A stretch of DNA of 64,000 bases from Chrysomallon squamiferum (GCA_012295275.1 CM022675.1:8246001-8310000); one strand, 5' to 3'; shown: positions 1-16,009, counted from the first letter of the stretch. Made by a program: numbers and translations. The notes: generated by a model from the sequence alone, not told the origin.

Positions 1-108
1 GAAAAAATCGGTTACCTTTCTTCCATTCATATATATACATATATATATATATTTGCACCAATCAGAATCCAGTTATTACATAAATCACAGAAGACACACA
101 CACACACA

Positions 109-156
<48 letters not shown>

Positions 157-1280
157 GTAGCTATTTTTATCATCTTGTAATCATTTCTAAGAACGCACAG
201 AAAATTTCACTCGTTTGTCAATGTTTCGTTTTCCTATTTCATTTCCAAGCAGATATTTCCGATTTCATAAGTAGATATTTCCGCTAATCTTCGTTACATT
301 GAGAACTATGAGAAAAATTTATATATACTACTCTAAAGACGTTAAGGGTCAAAGGAGTTGTTTCTTTTTATTCATTTTTGTAAGTTTGTTTTATTTTAGG
401 CCGGATAGGGGTTAGAATATTAACCTTGGTGTTGTTATTTGGGCTAAAGACATGACATTATCAAAGGGGCATGCAATGACTGCCCTTACCTTTAGAAACT
501 TTTGAAGTTAACCCCATATTTCCTTTTCCTGAATCTGAAGCAAAAACATTGACAAAAACGGACAACCTGCCTCGATCCACGTGCTTAGCATGAATGTAAT
601 TCAGTGCACGTCAATTTTAGACCAGACGGTTAGGAGAGCAAGGTTTGCGATGTCGGAATCCTGTATAGTCCTACCCTAGCTACCCGCCCGTCACAGAAGG
701 GCGCGCCATGGACGGTGCAGACGTTACATCCGGTGGAACTGTATCTTCTAATCACGGTACTTGCTCCAATATCCACCGTTTTTTTTTTTTGTACGGGGGA
801 ACGTGTAATGGTTTTGGGAGGGCATACATCCACGAAATCACAGAGCGCGTGCGTTGGCCTCCACATTGACCGGACTTGTCCCCCATAGAGCACGAACTCG
901 GGCGGTGAGTTCGATCACACCACAACCCTGCTGTCAACCCCCCCCCCAGCAGCTAACTCAGCTGTTAATGGCAGAATGTCAAGGTTATTTCAGACGCCTG
1001 GTCAACAGCATACACCAACATTGTTTCTGTTCTTGAGACGTCAAATAATTTGTCAATTAGTCTTCACACTTTCAGCACATTAGCCTTGTTTTATTTGCAC
1101 AAATCGTTTTCACCCTAAACGTTTTTGAGTAATATATATATCTATTAAAAAAAAAAAAAAAAAAAAGAAGAAGAAAAAAATCAATAAATTCACGTCATCT
1201 TTAAATATAGAAATCGGGGTTTCATTGTAAATTTTTCTTTTGCGAAGACAAGACACGCTAATAACAGGTACGTCTTTTAT

Positions 1281-1318
<38 letters not shown>

Positions 1319-2773
1319 AAGTATCAGTAATTCAGTAATAGTAATAATTTTAGTGATGAATTAACAGAAGCATTAATAATAGCAGTGGATCAAGAGGCAG
1401 TAGTAACAACAACCGTAGTAGTAGTAGTAGTAGTAGTGGTGGTGATGGCGTAATTGTAGTATGCCTGGAACAAAAGCAGTTGACGTTATTGCTAATACAG
1501 TAAAACTCGACTAAGTTATAAGCGTTTAAGTTGTCAGAGTTGTCAGAGTTGTCACTTCAGCGAAAGTCGCAATTTTCTGAAAACTTTATTCCTATTTTCA
1601 ACGAAGTATGCATTTCTAAGTCGTCAAAACGCCTACGTTTAAGTCTTGGTCTCAGGTAACACAAACCGCAGTTAATTTTCTCGAACAATCTACTCGCTGT
1701 CTCAAGCTGCTGGCATGGATATACACGGGCACCGCCGTGTGTCGGGTATTTCGATATATTGTGCAGGTGCGCTGAATTAACATATTATTTTTTCAAGACG
1801 GGCGCTTTCGATGGCGACTTTCTTAGTACGTACAAAAAATGGCGACTAGCGGAAAGTCACGGCTTCATAACCACGGGTAACAGGGACAAGTATGAAATAA
1901 TTAAGTACTGCGAAGCCAGATGTTTAACTCCGCGCTGACTCAAATGGTTTCGACAAATGGCTGCTGGACCTGAAATTCGTATCGATGATTAAAATGCTAC
2001 TTTTAAAAAGACGCGAGGCTTTCCTGAGCAACTCGATCACGAGGAACTGAATGACAGCTGGAGTGACCGTTTTAAGAAAAGGTGAGTAATAGGAAAAATA
2101 CTTTAAGTGAGTCACTCTGGGGCGGTTAATACAGCAGTAATGGAAGAACGGAAAACATTGCTCGTCATATTTACTAATTTTGACGACTTAGGCGAGGTTT
2201 ACTGTATTACTAGAACCGTTATAGTTACCACTGCTATAACTATTATAAATAATACTATTAGTACGACCTCGACTAGTAAAACTATTCTGTATATTACTGT
2301 TCACACTACTGCCACTACTATTAGTACTATTACGTTTGCTGCTGTTACTATTAATGCAACTACTACCATAACTATTATTATTATTATTATAAGTACTAAT
2401 AAACGTATTACAATCAATATTGGTATTATTATTGCTTCTACTACTACTACTAGTACTACTACTACTATTGCTGCCACTGTTATAGATTTTTTTTTTTTTT
2501 TTTTTGTTGTTGTTGTTTTCTTGTGTGTATTTTTTTTTTTTTTTTTACCGTTGTCTGACTTATTCATCCTAGGCTAGTCCATATATTTGCATTCCATCAA
2601 AAAAATTGCTAACTTTGATTATACTGGCAACTGGGGCAAATAGGTTTTACTTTGAAAAAAGTGACAAACTGATTTAAATGTAATAGTTCAACTGATGTTG
2701 AAAACAATAAACAGTCTATACACAACTGTTTATGAACAATGAACTATTATCGATATATTTTCCTTTCATTATT

Positions 2774-2832
<59 letters not shown>

Positions 2833-2836
2833 TTTT

Positions 2837-2900
<64 letters not shown>

Positions 2901-2973
2901 TTTGTATAAAACTGTGGCTCTTGAAGATTAGTGGCCCTAGATGGCTTCCTAATTGAGCTAATCTAACTTAGGA

Positions 2974-3049
<76 letters not shown>

Positions 3050-3333
3050 ACAGTGTATTTTTATATATAGCAGACGGTAGCCACATTGAATGTACCTATG
3101 ACAAAGATGTACCTATGACTCGTACCGTGAAATCCCGTTCTAATAATATCCATGACAAAAGGAAAATCCATTTTCTTTTCTTTTTATTGAGACAACGCAT
3201 CGGTGAATAGTAAAATAATTTCAAAACTCAGGAAAATAGTTTCAGTTTAACAGGCAAACCTTTGGATGATACAGTTCTATATTTATAGATCTTTGTATTT
3301 GTTAATGTCTATTGTTTTATTTATTTTTTTCAG

Positions 3334-3362
3334 ATTTTAACATTATTGGAAAGGATATTAAG
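3334..3362 (+). other. Candidate small 5'UTR exon of the microprotein gene
   Basis: Flanked by a polypyrimidine tract ending tttcag and a donor aag|gtaagg. Other candidate donors nearby: 1268 (cag|gtacgt) and 4158 (cag|gtatgt). Confidence 0.35.
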
Positions 3363-3498
3363 GTAAGGAGTAATTAATAATTCAGTGATAATAATGATAA
3401 TAGTAATAGTAATAATGATGATGATGATGGTAATAATAATAATAATAATAATATTAATAATAATAATAATTGTTATAATTACTTCTTCTATTAGTACT

Positions 3499-3568
<70 letters not shown>

Positions 3569-4566
3569 ATATATGTATATAATTTTCATCTCCCTAAATT
3601 GTTGAATTAAATGCCTTAGTATTAATGTACTGCTGGGGAAAAAAAAAAAAAAAAAAAAAAAATGCGTGGGCACCCGAAGCTTCCTCGCATAGTAGATATC
3701 TGCGTCGTTAGACAAAACAAACTTTTACATTAATGAATGTTTCGCGGAAAGGAAAAATAGGCCAACCAGTCGCCAGTCGAGTTTGTTGCGTAACATTATC
3801 ACCGTGACCTCATTCCCGCAGAAAAACAAACAAACAAAAAGTTTCATTCGGTGTGTGAGAATTTACGCAAGATTATCTGCATTTTTAAAAGCAGGCTGTG
3901 TGTGTTTCTACGACTAGTAACGTGAAAAACTGCAAATCTCGAGATAAAACGAGAAAGACAGTGTGACGAAAACTCCAGTGACAGGCGAGTCAGCTGTTTG
4001 ACAGGTCAGAGTTCAAATCCACTTCAACGGCTGGTGGTAATGTAAACATAGAGAGTACGCGTTTTAAGAGCTGGGGGGAAAAAAAAAAAAAAAAAAAAAA
4101 AAGTTTTATGTGGTTACTACTAATACCAAGGTCAGGCTGAGAAGATAACGAAAATCAGGTATGTGGTTAGAATTTTGTTTATAATTCACGTTTATGAGTG
4201 CTTTAAGAAACAAAACAAAACAGAAAAAAAAACCACAATGAATAGGTAACTAATAATATTTTTTTGTGTTTTTTTTTCCAAATTAGTGCGATACATACCT
4301 CTTTCTAAAGTAGTTCACACGAGTTTTATTTTTCTATTTTTTTTTTTTTTTTTTTATTTATTATTATTTTACTTTTTATTTTTATTACCCCGCAAGTCAC
4401 TGAAGGAATGACTGTTTTTACTTCGTTATTTAGTTTATTATTGTGAGATGTGTTTACATTAACTGTCCTGATATAACGATCACTTTAGTAAGAGAAGGTA
4501 ACTAACTATATTACCGGCAACAAGCGCTGTATAAACCTACATCAAAAGTGGTAAGAACGTTCCAGA

Positions 4567-4618
<52 letters not shown>

Positions 4619-4720
4619 TCGCTAAGCATTAGGATATTGGGTATTCAATGATTTAAATGTTTTAATCTGCCTTGGCAAAATTATTATTACTATTCGTTCT
4701 TCTTGTTCTTGTTCTTGTTC

Positions 4721-4785
<65 letters not shown>

Positions 4786-4837
4786 CGTAGTAATTACTAA
4801 TTATTATTTATTATAATCATCATCGTTATTTCAGTGT

Positions 4838-4890
<53 letters not shown>

Positions 4891-5043
4891 AGAGTAGTAG
4901 TAGCAGCAGCAGGAGCAGTAGTAGCAGTAAATGTATTTATTATTTGTGTCTCTTGATATTTTTTCCCAACGTTTATTTAATTTCAGAAAAGAAAAAAAAA
5001 AAAAAAAAAAAGAAGAAGAAGAAAAAAAAGAAAAATGTATTAT

Positions 5044-5097
<54 letters not shown>

Positions 5098-5466
5098 GGT
5101 CATTCAAAAGCACTTGTTTAAATTTTTAACCATTAAGGTAATCTAGCATAAATGTACAAAGTTAGTACCTGGTATATCACTTGTACCAATTACATTTACC
5201 TTGTATCTACGTGACAGGCTAACTATCTGTTTTCTTTTTTTTTTTTTTTTTTTTTTTTTATCTGTGTCACCTGTTAGTTTTCCGGTTTTATAAATCTACG
5301 TGTGCCGGTTAACTGTTTATAAATAAATTTAAAATTAAATAAAATGAACTTAAATATTCCTGTTTTCAAATAAATTTATTTATTTAATTAAATAAAAAAT
5401 AAAATAAAAAATAAAAAAAATAAAAAAAATGAAAGAAAGAAAAAAGATAATAATAAATAAAATTTA

Positions 5467-5532
<66 letters not shown>

Positions 5533-5593
5533 AATAAATAAATAAATAAAATAGAGGAAAGAAAAATAATAAAATGACGAAAACGAAACAACC

Positions 5594-5680
<87 letters not shown>

Positions 5681-6654
5681 AGTTGAAATCCGGAAGAAAG
5701 AAATAACGATGTAATTTGTGTCACGTTTCAAACATACTTGGTATCCGTTTTGCAATACTTTTATGAGACAATATCACTTGATATTCTATACTTCCGAAAC
5801 AATGTTCTTGCGAGGTCAGTGTTCATAGGTGAGTGACTCATTTCATCGTTCAGGTACACTGAAGGCCAGCGATAATTTAAAAATAATTTTTCACTATGTA
5901 TGCAATTCTCAATCCTGCTTGTATCCATAGATGATATATTGAAGGCCTCGGTATCTCGTTTCCTTTTTGTAGTAAGAAGTAGTAGTAATAATGATGATGG
6001 TGATGATGATGATGATGATGATGATAATGATAAGGTGATAATGATAAGGTGATAATGCTGCTGATGATGATGATGATTGACATAACCCCATTTTATGACG
6101 CAGAATATAGTAAGAATATTACTAAGCAGTAGTAGTCGTAGTGGTAGTAGTAGTGGTAATAGTAGTAATTGTAGTAGTAGTAGTAGCAGCAGTGCATTTT
6201 TTTTTTTTTTATTAATCGTGAATTTAAAATAATAATAATAATATTAATAAAATATTAATATAAAAAAGTATCATAAATATATGAGCATTTTTCTTCGTTC
6301 TTTAAATTATTACTTTCGTTCGCTGTTTATAATACAATCAGCATTAGCAAGAGCATTTGACCCAGCGAATTGATTTGACCTAGGTATTTGTTTGACCTTT
6401 TTCCCAACGGAAACTGACGCCCGAACACGAGTCACGAGAAACAGTCCTGTGACGTAGTATATTTTTGTAAAAACGATACTACGTGACCGCAAATGTTGTT
6501 TAATAGTAAAATGCAGAGTATAATCCGTTTCAAAAAAATCATGCTGTATAACCACTTCATCCATGACGGTTTTAAAAAAGAGCGATGATGATAATAATGT
6601 AATAATGCAGATATAATGATCAATTGTGATGATATTGATGACAATGACAACAAC

Positions 6655-6701
<47 letters not shown>

Positions 6702-8040
6702 GCACAACATCAATAAGATGATAATAATATGTGGCATTTATCAAGTTAGTAATATTTATCATTATGCACGCGCATGGCAATATTGGTTTTTTTTTTTAAA
6801 ACGACCAAGCTAGTGTATTAATTAACAGAAATAAATATAAAAATGGGTCACATGAAAGAAAGTTATGTTTTAAGTCTTTAACAAACACTTTGTAACATAG
6901 CCGTCACAGTGATGCAGTTTTAGAACACTGTTTTGTTGTTTTTACGGCAAAAGATTTAAAATGTGTAAAAAAAAATCTCTAAAAAAAAAAATAATAATAA
7001 TAATCATAGAGAAAAGAAATAAAGTAAATGCATGTCTAACTGTAATTATCATTGTTTAACAATAGTTAAAGTAGCCTCTGGAAATTATTCTGTGATAGGT
7101 ACGTCGTCACACACATGTCTCCATAAATAAGTAAATTAAATATTGGTAAATAAATAAATAAATAAATCATTAAAGTCTATTCCTCAATAAATCCACATCA
7201 AATAATTATTATATTTATTTGAGCTTATTATTATTATTATTATTATTATTATTGTACATTTAATTTTTTTTAAATGTATTATTATTATTAGTAGTAGTAG
7301 TAGTAGTAGTATGAATAATTTTATATTTTCACCGAAATGCAGTCTGTATCAGAGAAATAAAAAAGGGTAGTTAACTCTTGAAAGAATTTTATGTTCCTAA
7401 ACGTAAATTGCGCCACTAAAATTGCAAAATAAAACAAAGAAGAACAAAGACAAAAAAAGACAAAAAAAAAATAAAAATAAAAATAAAATAAAAACAACAA
7501 ACAAACAAATCTAACAAACATAAAAAAAAAAAAAAAACAATCACAAAACATTACCCCCAGAAACAGACAGCTTTTGTAACTCGTTACGATTTTGTAACAA
7601 ACACCATTGATGGTGCGCCGGTTTTTAATAAACGAACACAACCGAAAACAACAACCGCACAATCTCATTACGTCACAATGACGTTGCTATTCACGGACGA
7701 AGGTTTTAGTATTTCAGGTAACATCTTTCTTGTTAATTAGTTAATTAATTACAAATTGGTGGCATCAGTGTCGGTTAAAAACTGTGAACGATTCCTGAAA
7801 ATACGAAGAAAAGAAAACAAGTTTGTTCACAGATGATAGCGGAAACAGAATAATGGTTAACCGTGTAGCTAAGGTTAGGGCCTCGACAAAATGTGTTACT
7901 TCGACGTTTAGTTAAGAAAATGAAGTTTACTGATTAAGAGCCAGTACTCATTGATTTGATTTGATTGTTCAGTGTTGATTTAGTACAGGGGTAGTACTAA
8001 CAACAGTTTCAGTGAACAGAAAAAGAAATTTGGTTTCTGA

Positions 8041-8092
<52 letters not shown>

Positions 8093-8393
8093 TCTTTAGT
8101 GTTTGTTTTCAAAAACATAAACGAAATTTTAAGTAAATAATAAACCCTTCTTTGTCGTAGGGTACAGACAAAACTAAAGGTCAAATTCTATTTAAGTGTA
8201 TTGACCTGAATTTCGACTAAGACGTTCGTTGCGAGAATTAATTAACGTATTACTTACTCTTTATTTTTTATTGCTTATTTATTTACTTCGTGAGAGAAAA
8301 ATAAAAAGCTTGAAATATTTTCTTTTACTTACTTACCTTTTTTTTATTTATTACTATTATTATTATTATAATATCATTATTATTATTATTATT

Positions 8394-8428
<35 letters not shown>

Positions 8429-8616
8429 TATTATTATGCATTCCTGCTGCTGCTGTTTATTTTGTAATATATTATCTTGTAACTTCATCGAAATGAAAAC
8501 GGTATTTCTTGAAATAATTTTATTTTCCTTCAATGTAAATTAATTGCGCCTCTTTGGAAGTGTTGTTCATAGTTGTCGATGATGACGATGATGAAGATTA
8601 TAATTACTACTACTAC

Positions 8617-8665
<49 letters not shown>

Positions 8666-8671
8666 TCAGAA

Positions 8672-8815
8672 ATGGAGCCAGCAACAATACCTTTCATAAT
8701 CCTGGCTATGGGATTTGCTGCCGTTGGAATCGTGGCCGTGGTTTACGCCATGAGAAAGAAAATGGCTCGAGATCACGACCTCGCCGAAGAGCAAAGCTGT
8801 ACCACTCTAGTTTAG
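8672..8815 (+). CDS. Single-pass membrane microprotein, 47 aa (MEPATIPFIILAMGFAAVGIVAVVYAMRKKMARDHDLAEEQSCTTLV); possible 61-aa isoform using upstream exon 7678-7717
   Basis: Non-repetitive ORF directly after the acceptor tttcag|aa (exon starts 8670). It has a ~21-aa hydrophobic segment followed by RKK (positive-inside) and C-terminal TTLV. The donor at 7717 (tcag|gtaaca) would add MTLLFTDEGFSISE in frame. Donors at 3362 and 4158 have in-frame stops upstream and would be 5'UTR exons. Confidence 0.6.
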   Translation: MEPATIPFIILAMGFAAVGIVAVVYAMRKKMARDHDLAEEQSCTTLV

Positions 8816-9810
8816 ATGACGTCATTGCAGCAACGTCATGCATTTCCCACCAAACAAACATTAGGAAGGTGTCTAAGGATAATTTTGAACTTGGGGTCCA
8901 TCTTAAAAAGTGAATGGATTGGGACAAGACAATTATTATATTTTTTTTTCTTTTTTTTTTTAGTTTTTTTTTTCTTTTTTTTTTTCATCTTAGTTTTACA
9001 CTTTTTTCAGGACTACATTTTTTTCAGGACTGCATTTAGACCACATATATTTTATTTCAACGATTTTCCCTATGTAGCAAAACTAAATTTTAAGAATACT
9101 ATATATATATATATATATTTTTTTTTTTTAATGATAATTAAGATTATTATTATTATTATTATTATTAAATTCTGCAAACATAGTTTTAGAAAACTGAATG
9201 ATTTTTATCCAATATACTCATCACTGAAAATATATATATATATGTGTAAATACTTGTACAAGGAATAGCAAAGCAGTAAATTGATGCAGCAATAATTTTT
9301 TTTTTTTTTTTTTTTTTAATAATAGATTTTGGAATAATACAGGTAGTGTGAATCTTTACATGGTTTTAATACACCGTCAATCAACCACTATGCAACTTAA
9401 CAACGTTTTTATTTTTTGTTTTTTATTTCTATTTTCAGATTGTTTACATTATTTCTCATACTTGTCTTAAATATTCCTTCATTGTCTTATTTATTATTAG
9501 TCCATGTGTCTCAACATTTTTATCATTTCTTGAATTAATTAATTTACCTATGGAATCAAACTTTAGTATGAACTACACTCAGCTTTAAGAAAAAAATAAA
9601 AATAACAAGTGCCAAACACAAATAATTATAGTCAGTTCAAAGAAATGTCTTTAGCAGTATTTAGATATTTAATGGTGTATTTGTAGATTTATTTATTAGC
9701 TAAAAATAGTGTTGTCTCATTTTATTTTATTTTATTTTATTTATTTATTTATTTATTTATTATTGTTATTGTTATTGTTATTATTACTGTTGTTGTTATT
9801 ATTATTATTG

Positions 9811-9871
<61 letters not shown>

Positions 9872-10201
9872 CAGAGGGTTACATAGTGCCATATTCTCTT
9901 CAGGATACCAGAATAATTTCCATTTTTGTTTTCATCATTTTGTTTTTGTATATTAAAATTTTATTCTTTACATTTTATATCTCTCGTACATACTGATATT
10001 GTGTTAATTTTTTTTTATTCCAAAGCTATATTTATATATATTTGAATTTTTATTTGATATACATTCCAAGAAGTCTTTTATAAATATATAGAGTAAAACA
10101 AATGTAATTCCAATCCTTATTATCAAATTATAAAATAAATTATAATAAATGAAATTGCAGTTAACAAACTATGAAATTTTAAAAATGTTATATAATATAT
10201 T

Positions 10202-10247
<46 letters not shown>

Positions 10248-10912
10248 AAAATAACATCTGATTTAATAACAATGTTTTTCAAATTACTTAATATTAAAGG
10301 TTTAAATTTTCAAAACTGTGTAATTAAAACTTAATTTTCAACAAGCCAGAATAATGTACTGTTTCATGGGAAATGTTATGTGTTATATACTGTGTCATAT
10401 ACACAAATTTGTATCTTTACTGATAATAATAGCCTGTTTTTGGGGGTTTTTTTAATTTTGTATAAATATTATCCTTGACACGATTTTGTTGTTTTATTGT
10501 TTTCTCTAACATATATTTATTTCCTTCGAAAATATATACTCGGTTACATACAAACACATCAACATATAAAAAAAAAAAAACGTAGGTTACACAAATTTAT
10601 TACCATATTAGCTACGTTTTTACACCGTAAAATCTTTCTCATAAGCCGTCTACTTCCATCCAGAGTTATCTCCCTTGCACCGTTTTCGGACGATTTTTAC
10701 GAGTTTACGTTGATTTTAAGATTTTGATGGAATAGGCTACACAGCCAAACGTCTTTATGTTGCCATCCATTACACCATTGTATGTATGTATGTGTGTATG
10801 TAATGTATGTGTGTATGTATGTATGTGTGTATGCAACAGGGGGACCCAGTAATGTTTTTTTAGTTTTGTTTGTTTGTTGTTGTGTTTTTTTTTTTTATCA
10901 CTGGCAAACAGG

Positions 10913-11088
10913 AGAGAATTTTCTTAATAAAAATAAATATTATTAAATACAAATGTGTGTGTGTGGGTGTGGGTGTGTGTCTGTGTGTATGTAAAAAGGG
11001 TCAGTGATGTATGTAAGTACGTAACCAGTAACAATAATGGATAATAGGTCAGAATTTTCTTAATGAAAAGAAATATTATTAAATACAA

Positions 11089-11151
<63 letters not shown>

Positions 11152-11235
11152 GGGTCAGTGATGTATGTAAGTACGTAACCAGTAACAGTAATGGATACTA
11201 GGTCAGAATTTTCTTAATGAAAAGAAATATAATTA
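10913..11235. repeat. Local tandem duplication (~140-150 bp unit containing a TG tract)
   Basis: agaattttcttaat...aaatacaaatgtgtg...gtaaaaagggtcagtgatgtatgtaagtacgtaaccagtaac occurs twice, plus a third partial start. A diverged relative lies near 12320-12480. Confidence 0.8.
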
Positions 11236-11741
11236 AATGACAGTGAAAAACATCATACATTATTATGCTGTATAACTGAAGAATAAATAAATAAATAAAT
11301 AAATAAATAAAACAATAGTTTCATCCCCAATCCCCTATCCCATAAATGAAAAATAAGAAGGAAAAAGCTACATTTTACTAATATAGTCACATGTACAATT
11401 AAACATTTATACATACATTTTGATCATACATACATACATACATACATATACATACATATATATATCATTTAATTATTAAATGTAAAATCCAAAATTGTTT
11501 CAAAGTTTATAACTGAAAACTGAACCGAACTAAATCTAGTTATATTTCTTTGAAGAAATCTGGATTGCATTTACTATAATTATATAAGAACATAAAATAA
11601 ATAAATTATTTATTTATTAGAATTACAATTATTATTTTGTTGCTAGAATTATTCAATCATTTGATTTGTAATTCAAAGCTAACTGAAACAAAAATCACCA
11701 AAGGATGGGTCTCCAATACGAAAAAAACAAAATGAATAAAT

Positions 11742-11794
<53 letters not shown>

Positions 11795-12372
11795 ACATAA
11801 AGAGAGAGTAGTAATTCTCAGTACATTCTCTGTTATTATTATTCAGTTGTTGTTGAAATTATTATTATTATTATATTTTTTTTTTTTTTTTTGTATTTTA
11901 TAAATTTGAATTTGCATTAATTCAAGCTGAAACTGAAACAAATGTATTCGAAAGGCTGAGTCTCCATAACATAATTTTTGTTTTGCTTATATACAGTCAT
12001 AGATTTAAGTAAGTTAAAGAATGTATGTACACACAGACGTAGAGAAAAAGAGAATAATAATTGTAGAATATCCACAGAAGGTGCACGAGATAAACTTAAA
12101 AAAGAAAGAAAAAAGATTTTAAAAAATTGTCAAAAGGAAAAACATTCGAAATAAAAAGAGAAACAAAGAAACAAACGAAGAAAAAAATATATATATTAAT
12201 TTAAAAAAAAAAATAAAAGAAACTAAAACTTTTAAGCAAAAAACAAATAATGACTAAAAAAATAAATAATAAACAAAGAAAGAAAGAGAAAAAATACGAA
12301 GATAAAGAAAAAATGAGAGAATTTTCTTAATATATATTATTAAATTACAGAGTATGTATGTATGTATGTATG

Positions 12373-12403
<31 letters not shown>

Positions 12404-12679
12404 TATGGGTAACAGTGACGTTGTTTATCAACAGCTAAAACGAGTGGATTTTGTTAATGAAAATAAATATCAATAAATAACATGACTGTGTTCTATATTT
12501 AAAGAAATTTAACAACTGAGGAACTGGAGTCAAAAAATTACACATCGTATATTGCCTGTTAATTACCCGTATTTAACGTACGAAAGCACTCACGCACGTT
12601 CGCATGCGTATGGTATTGTACAACATTTGAAATTTTATTTTATTAAGCATAACGTTCCTATTAGATTTCGTTATTTAAA

Positions 12680-13175
12680 TACATCGGAACCTCGAGTTAC
12701 GAACGCCTCGAAGCACGAACAAATCGGATTCGAGCCGCGATCTTGGGGCAATTTTTCTCTCATTTTACGAATAATGTCCCTGGTTACGAACTATAGCGAC
12801 ACGACACGACAAGCTATGCTGACGTCAAAATCGAGGTCAAAGCAAGGATTATAGGCATGCTATAAGGCAAATATGTATCATGAGTTGGGGCCTTTAGTCT
12901 TCGATAAGCAGTTGTAGCTCAGTAGATTGTGCGCTCGCATTTTTTTAAAAATGTTGCTGCATTTATGTGTATGTATTTTATTATACCCTATCCAATATGG
13001 CGCCCAAGAAAACAAAAAGTGAAAGCGATGATGTTCGTGGAAAGTGTAAATGTATCACAGTTGAGGTTAAGAAAGAAATAATTGCAAAACATGAAAGTAG
13101 TGTTCGTCTGTGTCTAACATTGCTTCGGTTTACGAACCGAGTTCTGGAACGAATGAAGTTCGTAACCCTAGTACA
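12680..13175 (+). mobile_element. Internally deleted Tigger/pogo-like DNA transposon
   Basis: Left end tacatcggaacctcgagttacgaac with an imperfect inverted match gttcgtaacc at ~13158-13167. The internal ATG at 12997 gives MAPKKTKSESDDVRGKCKCITVEVKKEIIAKHESSVRL, like the N-terminal CENP-B/psq HTH of Tigger transposases, then truncates. Confidence 0.75.
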
Positions 13176-13684
13176 TTAAGTTAGTTTATCTATCTATCTA
13201 TCTATCTAATTATCTACCTATCTATCTATCTGTCTGTCTGTCTGCCTGTCTGTCTGTCCATCTATTAGTCGATTTTTAAATTTTATTTATTTATTTATTT
13301 ATTTTTTTTTTTTTTTTTTTTTTTATCTGGGCATTTTTCAGCAAAGTATGAAAATGTAAAATAAAGATATGAGAGGATGACATTTTTTTTTTCTTTCTGC
13401 AAATGATCGAAAGTTGGTATCGCGATTTAATACTAGTTTTGATGTGTAGGGTCACATATATCATTCAATACCACTAAGCTAAATAAGAGGCCTGCCACTC
13501 AAAGCTCAATTCGTGAGAAGCAGGTGATAAAGGGGCTATTTTTTTTTACCTTTGATGAAAGTTATACTTAGGTACTGGCTATCATGTTGTTATGGAGAAG
13601 GTCACGGTAAATGTATTTCGGTTAAAGAAACAAACTGTTGTTCTACCTAGAAAAATAAAATCCTTTGTCCATCCAAACAATAAC

Positions 13685-13727
<43 letters not shown>

Positions 13728-14500
13728 GTAATTCTTCTTTCAAAATAGCTATATTAAAAAGAGTGGATTTTGTTTTCAGATTTCAAAAATGTCCTATTAT
13801 TCATACCTGTTTTGTGAATTTTTATCAGTAAGTTCATCGTTTTGATGATCATCAACATTGTTATTGTCGTTTATGTTGCTGCTGTTTTTTTTTGTTAGTT
13901 TTGATGTCGTTGCTGCTGTTTCATGGTTGATATTCCTACTGATTTGTCGTGGTTGTTGCTGTTGTTATTGTTACTGTTTATGGCGTTGCTGCTGTTTTGT
14001 AGCTGTTGTCGCTTTATATGTCGTTTGTCATTTTGTCATTATTATTGATGTTATTGTTGTTATTTATGTTGTGTTATTGTTGATGCTGATGACTGTCGTT
14101 GTCGTTGTGGCTGTTGTTAATGTTACATTGGTGTTGGTGTTGCTAATTGTTCGTAAACAGTTATTCATTTAAGTTAGACCTAAAAATGATGGTATTGTAA
14201 TTGCTTCTGTTTCGTTTTAGTCACTGTTTCGGGAGAGAAAAAAACAACAAAAAAACTTACCCTAAAACATCACGTAAATTAGAAACAAAATCTGTGAAAA
14301 AAAAAAAAAAAAAAGACTTTACACAAAAACACAATGGACACCTTTGTTCTCAGGTGTTCTTGTTTTGTTTATCAAGGTAAAATATCAACACAAAACTAAT
14401 CCCAGTAATTAAGAAAGTAATAACAGGGTAACAGGAAACTTCATTCTTATCACAGCATTTTGACAGGCTGATGTTTCCAACTCTGAATCATAATAATAGC

Positions 14501-14561
<61 letters not shown>

Positions 14562-15041
14562 GCAATAATAATAATAATAATAGCAGTAGTAATAATAATA
14601 ATAATAATAATAGTAATAGTAATAGTAATAGTAATAATAATATAATAACAGTAGTAGTAGTAGTAGCAGTAGTAGTAGTAGTAGTACTATATACGTGTGT
14701 GTATGTGTGTAATTACATTAGTAATTGTTTACACACACAGATACGTCCAGCTAAACATACATCCGTGCATCCGTCCATCCAGCTACTACATTTACACACA
14801 CACACACCCATACACACACTCATACGCACACACACACACATGCATAAGCACACACACACACATGCATAAATACATACATACACGTAACTGTAAGTACTAC
14901 CTTCTGGTGGATTACAAGTTACAAACATATATAAGGACAGAAATTACGTCATTCTAGGTATCCTGAGCATGCGCTGTTGTTTTGTTGTTTTTTTCTTTTA
15001 TTTAATTTTTAATTTTATTTTTATTTATTTTATTTTTTTTT

Positions 15042-15080
<39 letters not shown>

Positions 15081-15372
15081 TTTTTTTGATGTTTTTTATT
15101 TATTTATTATTATTATTATTTTTTTTTTATGTTTTACCTTCGTTGAGGGATAAACTGGTTTCTCCGTAAAACAAGACTGAACAATATTTTACCTCGGAGC
15201 TTCCAAACGACAAATAATCATCACAGACGTCAGCAACAAAACAATTTAACAACCAAATCCTCCACACAATAATAATTATATAACAGCGACTGGAAAACAT
15301 TCGCAGCACATTAAGCGTGATAATCTAGCGTGTTCGTAACATCTGTGATATATTATGTCACAGTTATTTATG

Positions 15373-15431
<59 letters not shown>

Positions 15432-15630
15432 CATATAGCTGCTTCATATCACCTCGGGGGCCACGAAACTGAAATATAAAAACAGTTCATTAAATGTTTG
15501 GCGTCAGTGTTAATTAAGTTTGTTCACTAGTAATACTAATACTGCTGTTGTTGTACTATACTGATGCTACTACTACTACTACTGTTACTACTACTACTAC
15601 TATTACTACTACTGCTACTACTACTACTGT

Positions 15631-15673
<43 letters not shown>

Positions 15674-15955
15674 GTTACTACTACTACTACTATTACTATT
15701 ACTACTACTATTACAGCAGCAATAATAACAACAACACAGACGACGACGATAACTGCAAATAATAAGAAAAACAACAAGAAAAACAACAGCAACAGCAGCA
15801 ACAACAACAACAACAACAGCAATAATAATAACTAATTAATTGTTATCGATTTAATTGATTCCTTCTTTCTTACTTTTTTTTTTTCATTATTACTAACACC
15901 ATGGTTGCAATAATCACCATTATTATGCAGACATTATCATCATCACCATCATCAC

Positions 15956-16009
<54 letters not shown>

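Noticed and set aside
600-1040. GC-richer island with three short ORFs
   Set aside because: No recognisable protein or RNA motif. It may be a promoter or repeat fragment, but no call can be supported.
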